Positions 8,860 through 18,225 of a DNA stretch of 64,000 bases are shown piece after piece. Origin of the DNA: Elusimicrobiota bacterium. Lineage in GTDB: Bacteria; Elusimicrobiota; Elusimicrobia; UBA1565; JACRDR01. The notes below the pieces were generated by a model. It saw only the letters and a program-made list of their open reading frames with translations. It did no database searches and had not been told where the DNA came from. The stretch covers positions 1 to 64,000 of the forward strand of contig JBGFSC010000029.1 of NCBI GenBank assembly GCA_041694815.1, read 5' to 3'. Position 1 is the first letter of the stretch; each line of letters opens with the position of its first letter. The position numbers and the translations under genes are program-made.

Positions 8860-11252
8860 AGCAGCAGCCACCAACGAGGCCAACGCGCCAGGCTTGCCCG
8901 CCCCTCCTGTCCCGTCCACAGCCGCCCTTCCTTCATGCTGAGGCAGGCAATGGGACGTTCCGACAGCTTGGCTAGGGAGAAGGACTCCCGCAATCGAGGC
9001 CACGGGGCCAGGTCCCGGACATGGATCCGGTTGGCCTGCGCGTCCGATATCCAGAACTTGCCGCCATGCGTCGTCAGGGCCGCCGCCTCCTCGTCGAGGG
9101 AGTAGGACTCCAGCACTTCCAGCGAGGAGGCATCGTGTTGGTAGAGCCGATGGGCGGCCTTGTCGGCCGACCATAGATGCTTGCCGTCGTAGTGCAGCCC
9201 GGAGGGGGCGTCGGCGGGAGCTTCCTTGGCGGCCAAAAGGGTCAGGGTCGCGTCCATGGCGCGCCGCTGCAGCTGCTTGGATGCGGAATCGACGACGAAC
9301 AACTCCCCGTCGCCGGCCGCCAGCCCCGTCAAATGGGAGTCGCCCACGGGTATGCGCATGACGAGCTCCAACCCGGCGCCGCGCTCCTTGAGCCGGTAGA
9401 CGGCCTTCTCATCCCCGTCGACGACCCACAGCGAATCCCCCGCCCACGCCATCCCGGACGGGTGGGAGAACGGGACGGCGTACTCCCGGACGGGATCCAT
9501 GCGCGCGCAAAAGAATAGTACGCCGGCCGAGCCCAACAGCAGCGCCGAAAAGGCCGCGAGCAGCCAGCCCCGCAGCGCCGCGGGCCGGGGTGCCGGGGGG
9601 ATCGAGGGATGCGTCTTTTCTTCTTCGGCCAAGGTCTGCTCGAGCTCCTCGATGCGCTTGGCCTCGCTCAAGATTTCCGAGCGCTGTAGGTCGCGCAGAG
9701 TCTCCAGCTCGGCGCTCTTGCGCTTGGCCTCCTCGGCCTCGAGCTGGCGCCGCTGCGCCTCGGCGGCCGCCTCCATGACGCGCTGCAGGTCCTGCTCATG
9801 CGCGGCCTCGGCCTCGCGAAGCTTGGCCTCGATTGCAGCCTTCTCCTTTTCGAGCTCCGCGACGCGGCATTCTGCCGCCCGCAGGCGCTGGGACTCGTTT
9901 TCCAGGGCTTCCTTCGCCGAGGCGGCCTGCTCCTGCGCGGCCGCGCAGCGCACCTCGGCGCGGTCGAGCTCGACGGCGCGCGTGGAGCTCTGGCGGAAGA
10001 TCTCCTCCTTGAGCGATTCGATCTCTTTTTGGCGGGCGGCCAGCTCCTCGCGCAGCTTCGACTCGACGGCGCCGGCCCGCTTTTGGTATTCCGCGGCCAG
10101 GGCCTCCAATTCGCGCCGATAATGGGCCGATAGCTCGGCCGTCTGCTTGAGGCGGTTCTCCTCGAATTCCTTGGAGAGGGCCTCCACCGCCGCGCGCGCC
10201 TTCTGCTCCGCTTGCGCCTGAAGGCGCATGCCCTGCGCCTGGTATTCCTCGCGGGCCGCGCGCAGCGCCTGGATGCCGTTCTCCCGGGCGCTTTGGAGCT
10301 CCTTCTCCCATTTCGCCTCGATGGCGGCCAATTCCTGCTGGTGCCGGATGTCGCGCTCCTGCACTCGGCGCAATTCGCGCTCGCGCAGCGATTGCTCGAC
10401 GGCCGAAAAAGCCTCCTGCTGCCGGTTGAGCTCCCGCTCCATCTCCTCCAGCTGGCCCTGCAAGCGCTCCTTTTCGGCGTTCCAATGCATCTGGGCGAGG
10501 CGGTAAGCGTCGGAATGGGTCGCCTGCGCCGCGGTGGCCTCCTCGAGCAGCTTGACCTTGAGCTGCTCGTAATCCTTTTGTAGCTCCTTGCGCTTGGCCG
10601 AGAATTCCAGCTGCAGCAGCATGGTCTTCTGTTGGTATTCCTCGGCGTGCTTTTGGATCTCCTCCTGCAATTGCTCCTGGAAGCGGGCCTCGCGGGCCTG
10701 TTGGTCCAGCGCCTCCCGCTGGCGGCGCCGCTCCATTTCCTGCAGCTCCTCGCGGTGACGGGCCTCGGTCTCGGCCAAGGCCTCCTTGTAGGTGCGCTCG
10801 AGCTCCACCGCGCGCCGCTGGTATTCCTTGATCGCGACGTTGGCTTTCTCGTCGGCCTCCGCCATGCGCGCGCCGGCCTTGGCCTCGAGCTCCTTCTCCA
10901 GCGCGTCGAGCTTCTCGCGCTGCTCGAGCAGCTTCTGGATGTCCACCTCCCCCTTGAAAAGGCTGTTGAGCATGCCCTGCATCTCCGCGATCAACTTCTC
11001 TTTCTGGAGCGTGCCCTGGTAGCGCTTCTCGGTTTGCTCCCGGGCCAGGCGGGTCTGGCGGAGAAGCTCGAGGATCTCGGCGTTGGAGCTCTCCAGGAAG
11101 CGGATGCGCTCCAAGGCCCAGCGCACCGTCAGGCGCGCCGAGTCGAGGCTGCTCAAGCCGGCTACGATTTCCTCGACGTCCTGGCGAGGGTTCGACTCGG
11201 GATTCGGGCTGAGATTTTCGGCCGGATGGCGAGGTTGGGGTTCTTCGGGCAT
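8835..11252 (-). CDS. Long coiled-coil protein with single TM and C-terminal beta-propeller
   Basis: About 540 aa E/Q/K/R/A-rich heptads, TM WLLAAFSALLLGSAGVLFF, then PSGMAWAGDSLWVVD / LTGLAAGDGELFVVD / PSGLHYDGKHLWSAD blades. Confidence 0.8.
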   Translation of the reverse strand: MPEEPQPRHPAENLSPNPESNPRQDVEEIVAGLSSLDSARLTVRWALERIRFLESSNAEILELLRQTRLAREQTEKRYQGTLQKEKLIAEMQGMLNSLFKGEVDIQKLLEQREKLDALEKELEAKAGARMAEADEKANVAIKEYQRRAVELERTYKEALAETEARHREELQEMERRRQREALDQQAREARFQEQLQEEIQKHAEEYQQKTMLLQLEFSAKRKELQKDYEQLKVKLLEEATAAQATHSDAYRLAQMHWNAEKERLQGQLEEMERELNRQQEAFSAVEQSLRERELRRVQERDIRHQQELAAIEAKWEKELQSARENGIQALRAAREEYQAQGMRLQAQAEQKARAAVEALSKEFEENRLKQTAELSAHYRRELEALAAEYQKRAGAVESKLREELAARQKEIESLKEEIFRQSSTRAVELDRAEVRCAAAQEQAASAKEALENESQRLRAAECRVAELEKEKAAIEAKLREAEAAHEQDLQRVMEAAAEAQRRQLEAEEAKRKSAELETLRDLQRSEILSEAKRIEELEQTLAEEEKTHPSIPPAPRPAALRGWLLAAFSALLLGSAGVLFFCARMDPVREYAVPFSHPSGMAWAGDSLWVVDGDEKAVYRLKERGAGLELVMRIPVGDSHLTGLAAGDGELFVVDSASKQLQRRAMDATLTLLAAKEAPADAPSGLHYDGKHLWSADKAAHRLYQHDASSLEVLESYSLDEEAAALTTHGGKFWISDAQANRIHVRDLAPWPRLRESFSLAKLSERPIACLSMKEGRLWTGQEGRASLARWPRWWLLLQRLRAKA

Positions 11253-11380
11253 GAATTCGGCAAATATATAGCAGCGGCTTGTTAAATTTTCAAGTCGGCG
11301 CTGGCTCTGTCAGCGTTGGCTCTTGCTTTTTTAGTTTCTCCTGTTAAAAGATAAATGCAAATCCCTGGAGGTGGAAAATA

Positions 11381-11839
11381 ATGGCTATCAAGAAGTCGTC
11401 GATTTTAGGGTTAGCTTTTTTCCTGTCCATTGCAATTTCCACGGTGGCCCAAGATAGGGATAATCCAGAGGAGGCGGCATCTTCAGCAGCCAATGATTTT
11501 AACGAAAAACTTGGTAATGGCGGCGTTGCCGCCGGCACCGGAGTTGCAGGCCGGCGCGGTGATGCCACGGCAAGACAGGCGCAGGTCGCGCCAGAAACAA
11601 AAAGGCGTCAAAAAATAGCGCCCGCCATGGCGAGCCCAAAGCAGCCTGATCTGGATCGTCTTAGTCGTATCCGCGATACGGGAGTCCACGGTATGATCGC
11701 TGCCATTGGAGGATTGACATTAGCAGGGCTGGGCCTTTCAATGGGCAGTTTGCTGGGCGGCCTTCTCATCGGAGGGTTTTTCGCAGCCGCGATCTTCTAT
11801 GGTTTACAAGGGCCAGGGTCTAAGAAGGGGACTAATTAG
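11381..11839 (+). CDS. Hypothetical exported/membrane protein with Gly-rich hydrophobic hairpin
   Basis: SD GGAGGT upstream; signal peptide; C-terminal GMIAAIGGLTLAGLGLSMGSLLGGLLIGGFFAAA; visibly lower GC. Confidence 0.65.
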   Translation: MAIKKSSILGLAFFLSIAISTVAQDRDNPEEAASSAANDFNEKLGNGGVAAGTGVAGRRGDATARQAQVAPETKRRQKIAPAMASPKQPDLDRLSRIRDTGVHGMIAAIGGLTLAGLGLSMGSLLGGLLIGGFFAAAIFYGLQGPGSKKGTN

Positions 11840-11922
11840 CTTTATCTCCTTGAGTTGTGCTACCACCGGCGACCGGATTGCGGTGTAGTTACATGTTTTC
11901 AGACTTTAGCTGACTGCCGGGC

Positions 11923-12065
11923 ATTTTTCGTGACTTTGGAAACGAAAAATATCGTCAAAACAAGCGTAATTTGACTCTTAGTCTCAGCGTTGAGACTAAA
12001 AACAAAATTATCTTTGAGCCATCGTTATTTTTCGTCGCACAGGTCACGGACTTTTCTGTGGATAA
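11923..12065. promoter_or_regulatory. Cluster of putative protein-binding sites upstream of comEC
   Basis: IR ATTTTTCGT-N10-ACGAAAAAT (11923-11950); IR TTAGTCTCA-N4-TGAGACTAA (11978-11999); third ATTTTTCGT (12027-12035); consensus DnaA box TGTGGATAA (12057-12065). Confidence 0.45.
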
Positions 12066-12240
12066 CTCAGCAAGATTTGATGGCTACCCAAAGAACGAGG
12101 CGACAACTGCAGAAAAACTCGCTGTAGGGGGGATCTGGTTCCAGGTGACCTTGCTAAAGTCTCGAAATAATACACCGAGGGCTTTTAGTAACGAGCCTTA
12201 CTTAATGGAACCATTCTGAAGGGCGATTCGTATATGTGGT

Positions 12241-14151
12241 ATGCCCTTGGCGTACCTGCGCCGTCCCCTTTCGCTGCTGCTCGCATCGTACCTATTGCTC
12301 CTAGTCCTGCTTAACGCCTGGGGTTTCTTCGAGGTCGAAGCGCCGCTCGGCTGGCCGCGCCGCTCGCGGGCGTTCCGGCTGCAGGGGCGCGTGCTCTCGG
12401 CCTGCACCGAGCATCATGTGGGCGAACGGATGCTGGTGCGGGCCGATCATGGCGGCCAGGCCTTCGACGTCTTCCTTCTCCTGCGCCGCGGCAGCTGCGA
12501 TTCGACGGACTTCCTGCCCGGCCAGATCGTGGAGGCGGTCGGCAAATTGAGATCGCCGCGCTTCGCGCGGCTGCCGGGAGATTTCGACGAGCGCCGTTTT
12601 TGCTCGGGTCGCGGGGTGGTCAAGCTCATGCATGTCCGCGAAATGAAGGTCCTGGAGGCCGCGGTGCCTGTCTGGTGGCTGCCGGCGGCCTGGGCGGAGC
12701 GGGCCCATCGCTCCATCCGCCGGCGCCTGCGCGCGAGCCTGTCCGTTGATGAGGCCCGGATACTCGAGGGGATCATGCTGGGATACAAGGGCGCCCTCGA
12801 TTCCGACGAGCAGCGCTCCATCCAGGACGCGGGAGTGATGCATCTCCTAGTCCCCTCCGGCGCGAAGGTCGCCTTGGCGATGGCCTTATTTATAGGGATC
12901 GCCTTCGCGGCTCGAATGCCCCGCCCCATGCGCATGGCCTGCGCGGCGCTAGGCGGCGCTTTCTATTGCCTCATGGTCGGCTTGGAGCCTCCCTACCTCC
13001 GAGCGTACTTCGGGGCCGTGGCCTTTTACGTGCTGTTTTTTTCGGAACGCGACTGCGACTCATTCCAGGCGATGCTGCTCTCGGCGTTTGTCATCGTGAT
13101 ATTTTGGCCGCGGAGCCTCTTCGGCGCCGGTTATCAGATGACCTATGCCGCCTCGCTGGGCCTATGCATGGCGCTGCCCCGCTGGACCCTCTCTTCCATG
13201 AACCCCTGGCTACGAAAACCGCTCCAGGCGATACTCGCCTGCGCGGTCGTGCAGTTCATGCTGGGGCCGATCATCGCGGCCATGCTGGGACGCGTTTCCT
13301 GCGCGGGCCTGATCGCCAACCTTCTGCTCGTGCCGTATTCCGCGTGGATGATGGGGTCGGGCTTTCTATTCTGGTCGCTCTCTTCGTTGTTCGGGCCGGG
13401 AGTCGACGGCCTTCTGATCCTCATCCTCAAAGGTTCGATCTGGGCATTTAGCGGGTCCTGCCGGTTCTTCGCGACGCTGCCGGGAGCGGCCTGGGAGATT
13501 CCTCCGATGGGGACGGCGGCGACGATGGCCTATTACGCGGCGGTGCTCGGATTCCTAGTCCTGCCCCAGTGGCGTTCCGGCCTCGCGTTCTGGGCCATGG
13601 CCGCCGGACTATATGCCTTCGGCGTCATCGCCCAAAGCCGGAGGCCGCCCTTGGAGTTGGCGATACTGGGAGACCCGCGGGGCTGGGCCTCCGTCGTCAA
13701 GACGCCCGCGGGCCATACCCTAGTCGACGCGGGCCTGGCGCCGTCGCTGCTGCGCAAGGCGCTCAAGGCGATGGGGGTGCGCGAGATCGAGCGCCTCGTG
13801 CTCACCTCCTCGGAACGCGGAGCGACCCGCGGGATGCGCGCCATCCTGGGCGTCGTGCCCACGCGAACAGTCGTGAGGGCGCCGCCGGGCGAGGGATGGG
13901 AACTGGCCTTCGGCCGGCTGCTGTTTCATTTCGGCCGAGCCCCGGGGTTGGTCACCATCTCCGGCGTTGGGGGCGGGCCCGTCGAATTTTGTATACTGCA
14001 GGCTCCTTTCGCCTTGGCCCCCGAGCGCTGCCTTCCGGCGGGCCTTCGGGCCGTGGGACGGGAAGGCGCCGTATGGATCGCGTCGGATGGCCAACGCTAT
14101 AAAGTCAACGGGCAGAAAACACTCTATCCGCTCGGTCGTCCTTTTCTATAA
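12241..14151 (+). CDS. comEC: ComEC/Rec2 DNA uptake channel
   Basis: OB-like DUF4131 region (PGDFDE), Competence domain GVMHLLVPSGAKV, GYQMTYAA, GLIANLLLVP, many TMs, remnant MBL-like C-terminus. Confidence 0.9.
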   Translation: MPLAYLRRPLSLLLASYLLLLVLLNAWGFFEVEAPLGWPRRSRAFRLQGRVLSACTEHHVGERMLVRADHGGQAFDVFLLLRRGSCDSTDFLPGQIVEAVGKLRSPRFARLPGDFDERRFCSGRGVVKLMHVREMKVLEAAVPVWWLPAAWAERAHRSIRRRLRASLSVDEARILEGIMLGYKGALDSDEQRSIQDAGVMHLLVPSGAKVALAMALFIGIAFAARMPRPMRMACAALGGAFYCLMVGLEPPYLRAYFGAVAFYVLFFSERDCDSFQAMLLSAFVIVIFWPRSLFGAGYQMTYAASLGLCMALPRWTLSSMNPWLRKPLQAILACAVVQFMLGPIIAAMLGRVSCAGLIANLLLVPYSAWMMGSGFLFWSLSSLFGPGVDGLLILILKGSIWAFSGSCRFFATLPGAAWEIPPMGTAATMAYYAAVLGFLVLPQWRSGLAFWAMAAGLYAFGVIAQSRRPPLELAILGDPRGWASVVKTPAGHTLVDAGLAPSLLRKALKAMGVREIERLVLTSSERGATRGMRAILGVVPTRTVVRAPPGEGWELAFGRLLFHFGRAPGLVTISGVGGGPVEFCILQAPFALAPERCLPAGLRAVGREGAVWIASDGQRYKVNGQKTLYPLGRPFL

Positions 14152-14965
14152 CGAGCTCAAGCCGGAGGCGGTCGCGGCGATGAAGATCGTCAACGCCTTG
14201 CTCAAGAAGAGGCGGGTGCGGGTCTGGATGGGCCATACCGCCGAGGGCCAGGCGCGCCTTCCCTTGGCCGATATCGCGATCGCCCTCGGGGGGGACGGGA
14301 CGATGCTGCGCACCGCGCGCTACCTGGCGCCCCACGCGGTGCCGCTTTTCGGCATCAATTCCGGCGGGCTGGGCTTCTTGAGCGGCAGCGACGCCTCCGA
14401 CCTTCGGCGCAACCTGCAGGTCGTGCTCGACGGGGGATTCGAGCTGGAGGAGCGCTGGATGATTGTCGTCGAGGTCTACCGCGGCGACAAAAAGACCTTC
14501 GGCCCGCATATCGCGTTAAACGACTGCGTCATCCGCTGCGGCGACCAGGCCCGCGCCATCACCCTCAAGGCCTATTCGGCCGATCTCTTCCTGGCCAATT
14601 ATTTCGGCGACGGCCTGATCGTCTCGACTCCGACCGGCTCGACCGCCTACGCCCTGGCGGCCGGCGGGCCGGTGGTCGATCCCCGGCTTAACGCCCTTCT
14701 CGTCGCCCCGATCTGCCCCCACACCCTGACGCAGCGCCCGTTGATCATCCCGGCGGAGCATCCGCTCTCGGTGCGGCTGGCGCAGCGCAACGTGCACGAA
14801 CGTCCCATGGCGCTCATGTCCTTGGACGGGCAGCTCGGCTGCTCGCTCAAGCTCGGGCAGGAGGTGCGCATGCGCCGCTACGAGAAGCCCTTCAGGCTGC
14901 TGCTCAACCCGAAGCGATCCTACTTCGAGATATTGCGGCGAAAGCTCAAGTGGGGCGAGCGTTGA
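14087..14965 (+). CDS. nadK: NAD+ kinase
   Basis: LGGDGTML, GINSGGLGFL, ALND, DGLIVSTPTGSTAYALAAGGP, PICPHTL; ATG 14087. Confidence 0.95.
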   Translation: MANAIKSTGRKHSIRSVVLFYNELKPEAVAAMKIVNALLKKRRVRVWMGHTAEGQARLPLADIAIALGGDGTMLRTARYLAPHAVPLFGINSGGLGFLSGSDASDLRRNLQVVLDGGFELEERWMIVVEVYRGDKKTFGPHIALNDCVIRCGDQARAITLKAYSADLFLANYFGDGLIVSTPTGSTAYALAAGGPVVDPRLNALLVAPICPHTLTQRPLIIPAEHPLSVRLAQRNVHERPMALMSLDGQLGCSLKLGQEVRMRRYEKPFRLLLNPKRSYFEILRRKLKWGER

Positions 14966-16602
14966 TGCTCCGTTCGCTTTGGATCAAGAACTTTGCGGTG
15001 ATCGCCGAGCTGCGGGTCGAGCCCTCCGCCGGCCTCAATGCCTTCACCGGGGAAACCGGCGCGGGGAAATCGATATTGGTGGAGGCTCTCGGATTCCTCT
15101 TGGGGGCTCGGGGCAGCGCGGAATGGATCCGCGCGGGGGCGCAGCGGCTCGAGGTGGAAGGCTGCTTTACGGTCGCGGGCAAGGAGAGGGTGCTGCGGCG
15201 CGAGCTCGACGCCGGCGGCAAGACGCGGGCTTCCATCGACGGCAAGCCCGCGACCGTCTCCGAGCTTTCGGCACTCGGCGAGGGCTGGGTGGATTTCCAC
15301 GGCCAGCACGAGCACCAGACGCTGCTCAAACCCGCCGCCCAGCTCGAGCTGCTCGACTCCTTCGCCTCCGAGACGCTCGGGGCCGCTTTCGATTCCCTCA
15401 AGCAGCGCGTGCAGGGCGCGCACGCCCGCTGGAGCGAGCTGGGGCGGCAGCTGGAGTCCCTGGCGATTCCCGAGGACGAGCGCCTGCGCCGCCTCGACAT
15501 GGCGCGCTTTCAGATCGACGAGATCGCCAGGGCCGATCTAAAGCCCGAAGAGGAGGCGGAGCTCGAGGCGCAATTGCCGCGGCTCAAGAACGCCGAGCGC
15601 CTGGCGGTGATGGCCGAGCAGGCCTACGGGCTCCTCTACGATCAGGAAGGCTCGGTGCACGAAAACCTTTCGAAAGCCGCCAAGGCGGTCTCGGAGATCG
15701 GGCGGCTCGACCCTTCGCTCGCCGAGCAAGCCGCCTCGCTGGAGCAGGCCCTCTCCGCCGTGGGGGAATGCGCCGCGCGACTCGCCGGCTACCGTGAAGG
15801 CGTGGAGGCCGACCCGGCGCGGCTCGACGACGTTCTGCACCGCCTCGACGCCTTATCGCGCCTCAAGAAGAAATACGGCCCCACCCTCGAGGACGTGCTG
15901 GGGACGCTGGAGAGGCTTCGCAAGGAAAGCGTCCTTTTGGAGGACGCCGCTTCCAAAGCCGCCGAGCTGGAGGCCGAGCGCCATAAAGCGGAGGGCGAAT
16001 TCGCGAGGGCTGCTTCCGCGCTGCATGAGGCGCGCATGGGAGCGGCGGCAAAGCTCTCGCAGAAGGTCGCCGGCGAGCTCAAGCATTTGGGCATGCCCGC
16101 GGCCAAGCTCCAGGTCTGTGTCGAGATGGAGGAGGCCCGGCTGTCGCCGCTGGGCTGCGACCATGTGGACATCCTGCTGGCCGCCAATCCCGGCGAGAGA
16201 CCCAAGCCACTTAAATCCGTGGCCTCGGGCGGCGAGCTTTCGCGGGTCATGCTGGCCCTCAAGACGGCCTTCGCGCGCATCGAAGGGGTCCCGATCGTGG
16301 TCTTCGACGAGGTCGACGCCGGCGTCGGAGGATCCGTCGCCCGCGCGGTGGGCGAGCGCCTCGCCGCGCTCGGGCGCTCCCGCCAGGTCCTCTGCGTGAC
16401 CCACCTGCCACAGGTCGCCAGCTTCGCCTCGCGGCATTTCCACGTGCGCAAGGCCGCGCTCGGCGGGCGCAGCGTCACGCGCGTCGACGCCTTAGAGGGC
16501 GAAGAGAGGCTCAAGGCGCTCGCGGTGATGATGGGCGGGCGAGAGGCCTCCGCCGCCAGCCTGCGGCACGCGCAGGAGCTTCTCGAGGGATGCCGTCCGT
16601 GA
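14965..16602 (+). CDS. recN: DNA repair protein RecN
   Basis: TGETGAGKS, GQHEHQ, ASGGELSRVMLA, FDEVDAGVGG, VTHLPQVA; TGATG coupling with nadK. Confidence 0.97.
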   Translation: MLRSLWIKNFAVIAELRVEPSAGLNAFTGETGAGKSILVEALGFLLGARGSAEWIRAGAQRLEVEGCFTVAGKERVLRRELDAGGKTRASIDGKPATVSELSALGEGWVDFHGQHEHQTLLKPAAQLELLDSFASETLGAAFDSLKQRVQGAHARWSELGRQLESLAIPEDERLRRLDMARFQIDEIARADLKPEEEAELEAQLPRLKNAERLAVMAEQAYGLLYDQEGSVHENLSKAAKAVSEIGRLDPSLAEQAASLEQALSAVGECAARLAGYREGVEADPARLDDVLHRLDALSRLKKKYGPTLEDVLGTLERLRKESVLLEDAASKAAELEAERHKAEGEFARAASALHEARMGAAAKLSQKVAGELKHLGMPAAKLQVCVEMEEARLSPLGCDHVDILLAANPGERPKPLKSVASGGELSRVMLALKTAFARIEGVPIVVFDEVDAGVGGSVARAVGERLAALGRSRQVLCVTHLPQVASFASRHFHVRKAALGGRSVTRVDALEGEERLKALAVMMGGREASAASLRHAQELLEGCRP

Positions 16603-18077
16603 GCGTCCGCACGCGTTTCGCTCCCTCTCCGACCGGCTTTCTCCACATCGGCGGCGCGCGCACGGCCTTATTCAATTGGCTCTACGCCCGCAGGCATAAG
16701 GGCGCCTTCATCCTCCGCATCGAGGACACAGACGAGGTCCGCTCGACGCATGAGTCGGTCGATGCCATCTTGGGTAGCATGCAATGGCTGGGCCTGGACT
16801 GGGACGAGGGCCCGCTCTTGTCGAAAAGCGCCGGCGAGGGATGGGAGGAGAAGGGAGCCTACGCCCCGTATTTCCAGATGCGGCGCACCGAGAAATACCG
16901 GAAGTTCCTCTCGGAGCTGTTGGCGGCGGGTAAGGCCTACCGCTGCTACTGCACCCCCGAGGAGCTAGACGCGATGCGCCGCCGGGCCATGCTCGAGAAG
17001 CGGCCACCGCGCTACGACGGGCGCTGCCGCGGCTTGACGGGAGCGCAGCGCCAGGCGCTGGAGGCCTCCGGCAAGAAGGCCTCGATCCGCTTCCGCATGC
17101 CGGAGGAGGGGGCGACGGTGGTCTCGGACCTGGTGCGCGGCGAGGTGAGCTTCGAGAACAAGTTGCTGCAGGACTTCGTCATCGCCAAGACCACGGGCGG
17201 CCCGACCTACAATTTCGCCTGCGTCGTCGATGACCACCTCATGGAGATCACGCAGGTCATCCGCGGCGACGAGCATCTCTCCAACACCCCGTACCAGCTG
17301 CAGCTCTACCGCGCCCTGGGCTGGGAGCCGCCCAAATTCGCCCATCTGTCGATGATACTCGGGCCCGACGGCGCTAAGCTCTCGAAGAGGCACGGGGCCA
17401 CCTCGGTGCTCGAATACCGCAGCCAGGGCTACCTGCCGGAAACGATGCGCAATTATCTCGCGCTGCTCGGCTGGTCGACGCATGACAGCCAGCAGTTGTT
17501 CGCCGGTTCGGAACTCATCGCCAAGTTCGACCTGGAGGGCTGCCAAAAAAATCCGGCGACTTTCGATAATCAGAAATTGCTGTGGATGAACGGCGAATAC
17601 ATACGCAAGATGACACTGGAAAAACTCGTCGATCTGGCCCAGCCCTTCCTGGACCAGGCGGGCTTGGGCGGGGTTCCTCGGGAGGGAATGGCCTCGGCCG
17701 TACGGCTCGAGCACGAGAAGGTGAAGCTGCTCTCGGAGGTACCCGGCCTGGTGGACTTCTTTTTCAAGGACGTCGCCTATGACCCCAAGGCCGTCGACAA
17801 GGTGCTGCGCGCCCCCGGCGCCGAGAAGGTCCTCGAGGATTTAGGCGCGGTGCTGGCCGGCCTGGAGCCGTTTTCCGAGAAGACCCTCGAATCCCGCATC
17901 CGCGCCTTCTGCGATGAGAAGAATCTCAAGACGGGGCAGGTCTTCCATCCGGTCCGCGTGGCGGTCAGCGGCCGCACGACGGGTCCCTCCCTGTTCCATA
18001 TGCTCGAACTGTTGGGCAAGGACAAGGTTCTCAATCGCTTCGAATCCGCCCGCCGGCTGCTTCAGCCCGCCGCTTAA
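16590..18077 (+). CDS. gltX: Glutamate--tRNA ligase
   Basis: RTRFAPSPTGFLHIGG, LRIEDTD, CYC, IRGDEHLSNT, KLSKRHG; anticodon-binding domain present. Confidence 0.97.
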   Translation: MPSVSVRTRFAPSPTGFLHIGGARTALFNWLYARRHKGAFILRIEDTDEVRSTHESVDAILGSMQWLGLDWDEGPLLSKSAGEGWEEKGAYAPYFQMRRTEKYRKFLSELLAAGKAYRCYCTPEELDAMRRRAMLEKRPPRYDGRCRGLTGAQRQALEASGKKASIRFRMPEEGATVVSDLVRGEVSFENKLLQDFVIAKTTGGPTYNFACVVDDHLMEITQVIRGDEHLSNTPYQLQLYRALGWEPPKFAHLSMILGPDGAKLSKRHGATSVLEYRSQGYLPETMRNYLALLGWSTHDSQQLFAGSELIAKFDLEGCQKNPATFDNQKLLWMNGEYIRKMTLEKLVDLAQPFLDQAGLGGVPREGMASAVRLEHEKVKLLSEVPGLVDFFFKDVAYDPKAVDKVLRAPGAEKVLEDLGAVLAGLEPFSEKTLESRIRAFCDEKNLKTGQVFHPVRVAVSGRTTGPSLFHMLELLGKDKVLNRFESARRLLQPAA

Positions 18078-18112
18078 ATTCGCCGCGCCGAGCGCGGAAT
18101 GCTCGCGAAGAT

Positions 18113-18160
18113 GGTGCCAGGGATTGACTTTCGCCTAGACGAAAGTCAATCCCTGGCACC
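18113..18160. repeat. Perfect 21-bp inverted repeat (REP-like hairpin, possible bidirectional terminator)
   Basis: GGTGCCAGGGATTGACTTTCG-cctaga-CGAAAGTCAATCCCTGGCACC between the convergent gltX and Nramp genes. Confidence 0.85.
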
Positions 18161-18225
18161 GCGAAAACGGGGGAGCGCGTCGAGTCACGCGCCCGAGGCG
18201 CGTAAAAGCTGCTGTTTTTGTTGTT

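Noticed and set aside
8835..11252. SMC/SbcC ATPase or phage tape-measure protein
   Set aside because: No Walker A/B or signature motif, no phage genes nearby, and a TM plus propeller are present instead.
11971..12219. 82-aa ORF in the AT-rich gap
   Set aside because: TTG start, no recognisable motif, atypical codon usage, and it overlaps the palindromes; likely spurious.
11840..12240. Replication origin oriC
   Set aside because: Only one consensus DnaA box was found and there is no dnaA/dnaN/gidA context. Kept only as a regulatory-region finding.
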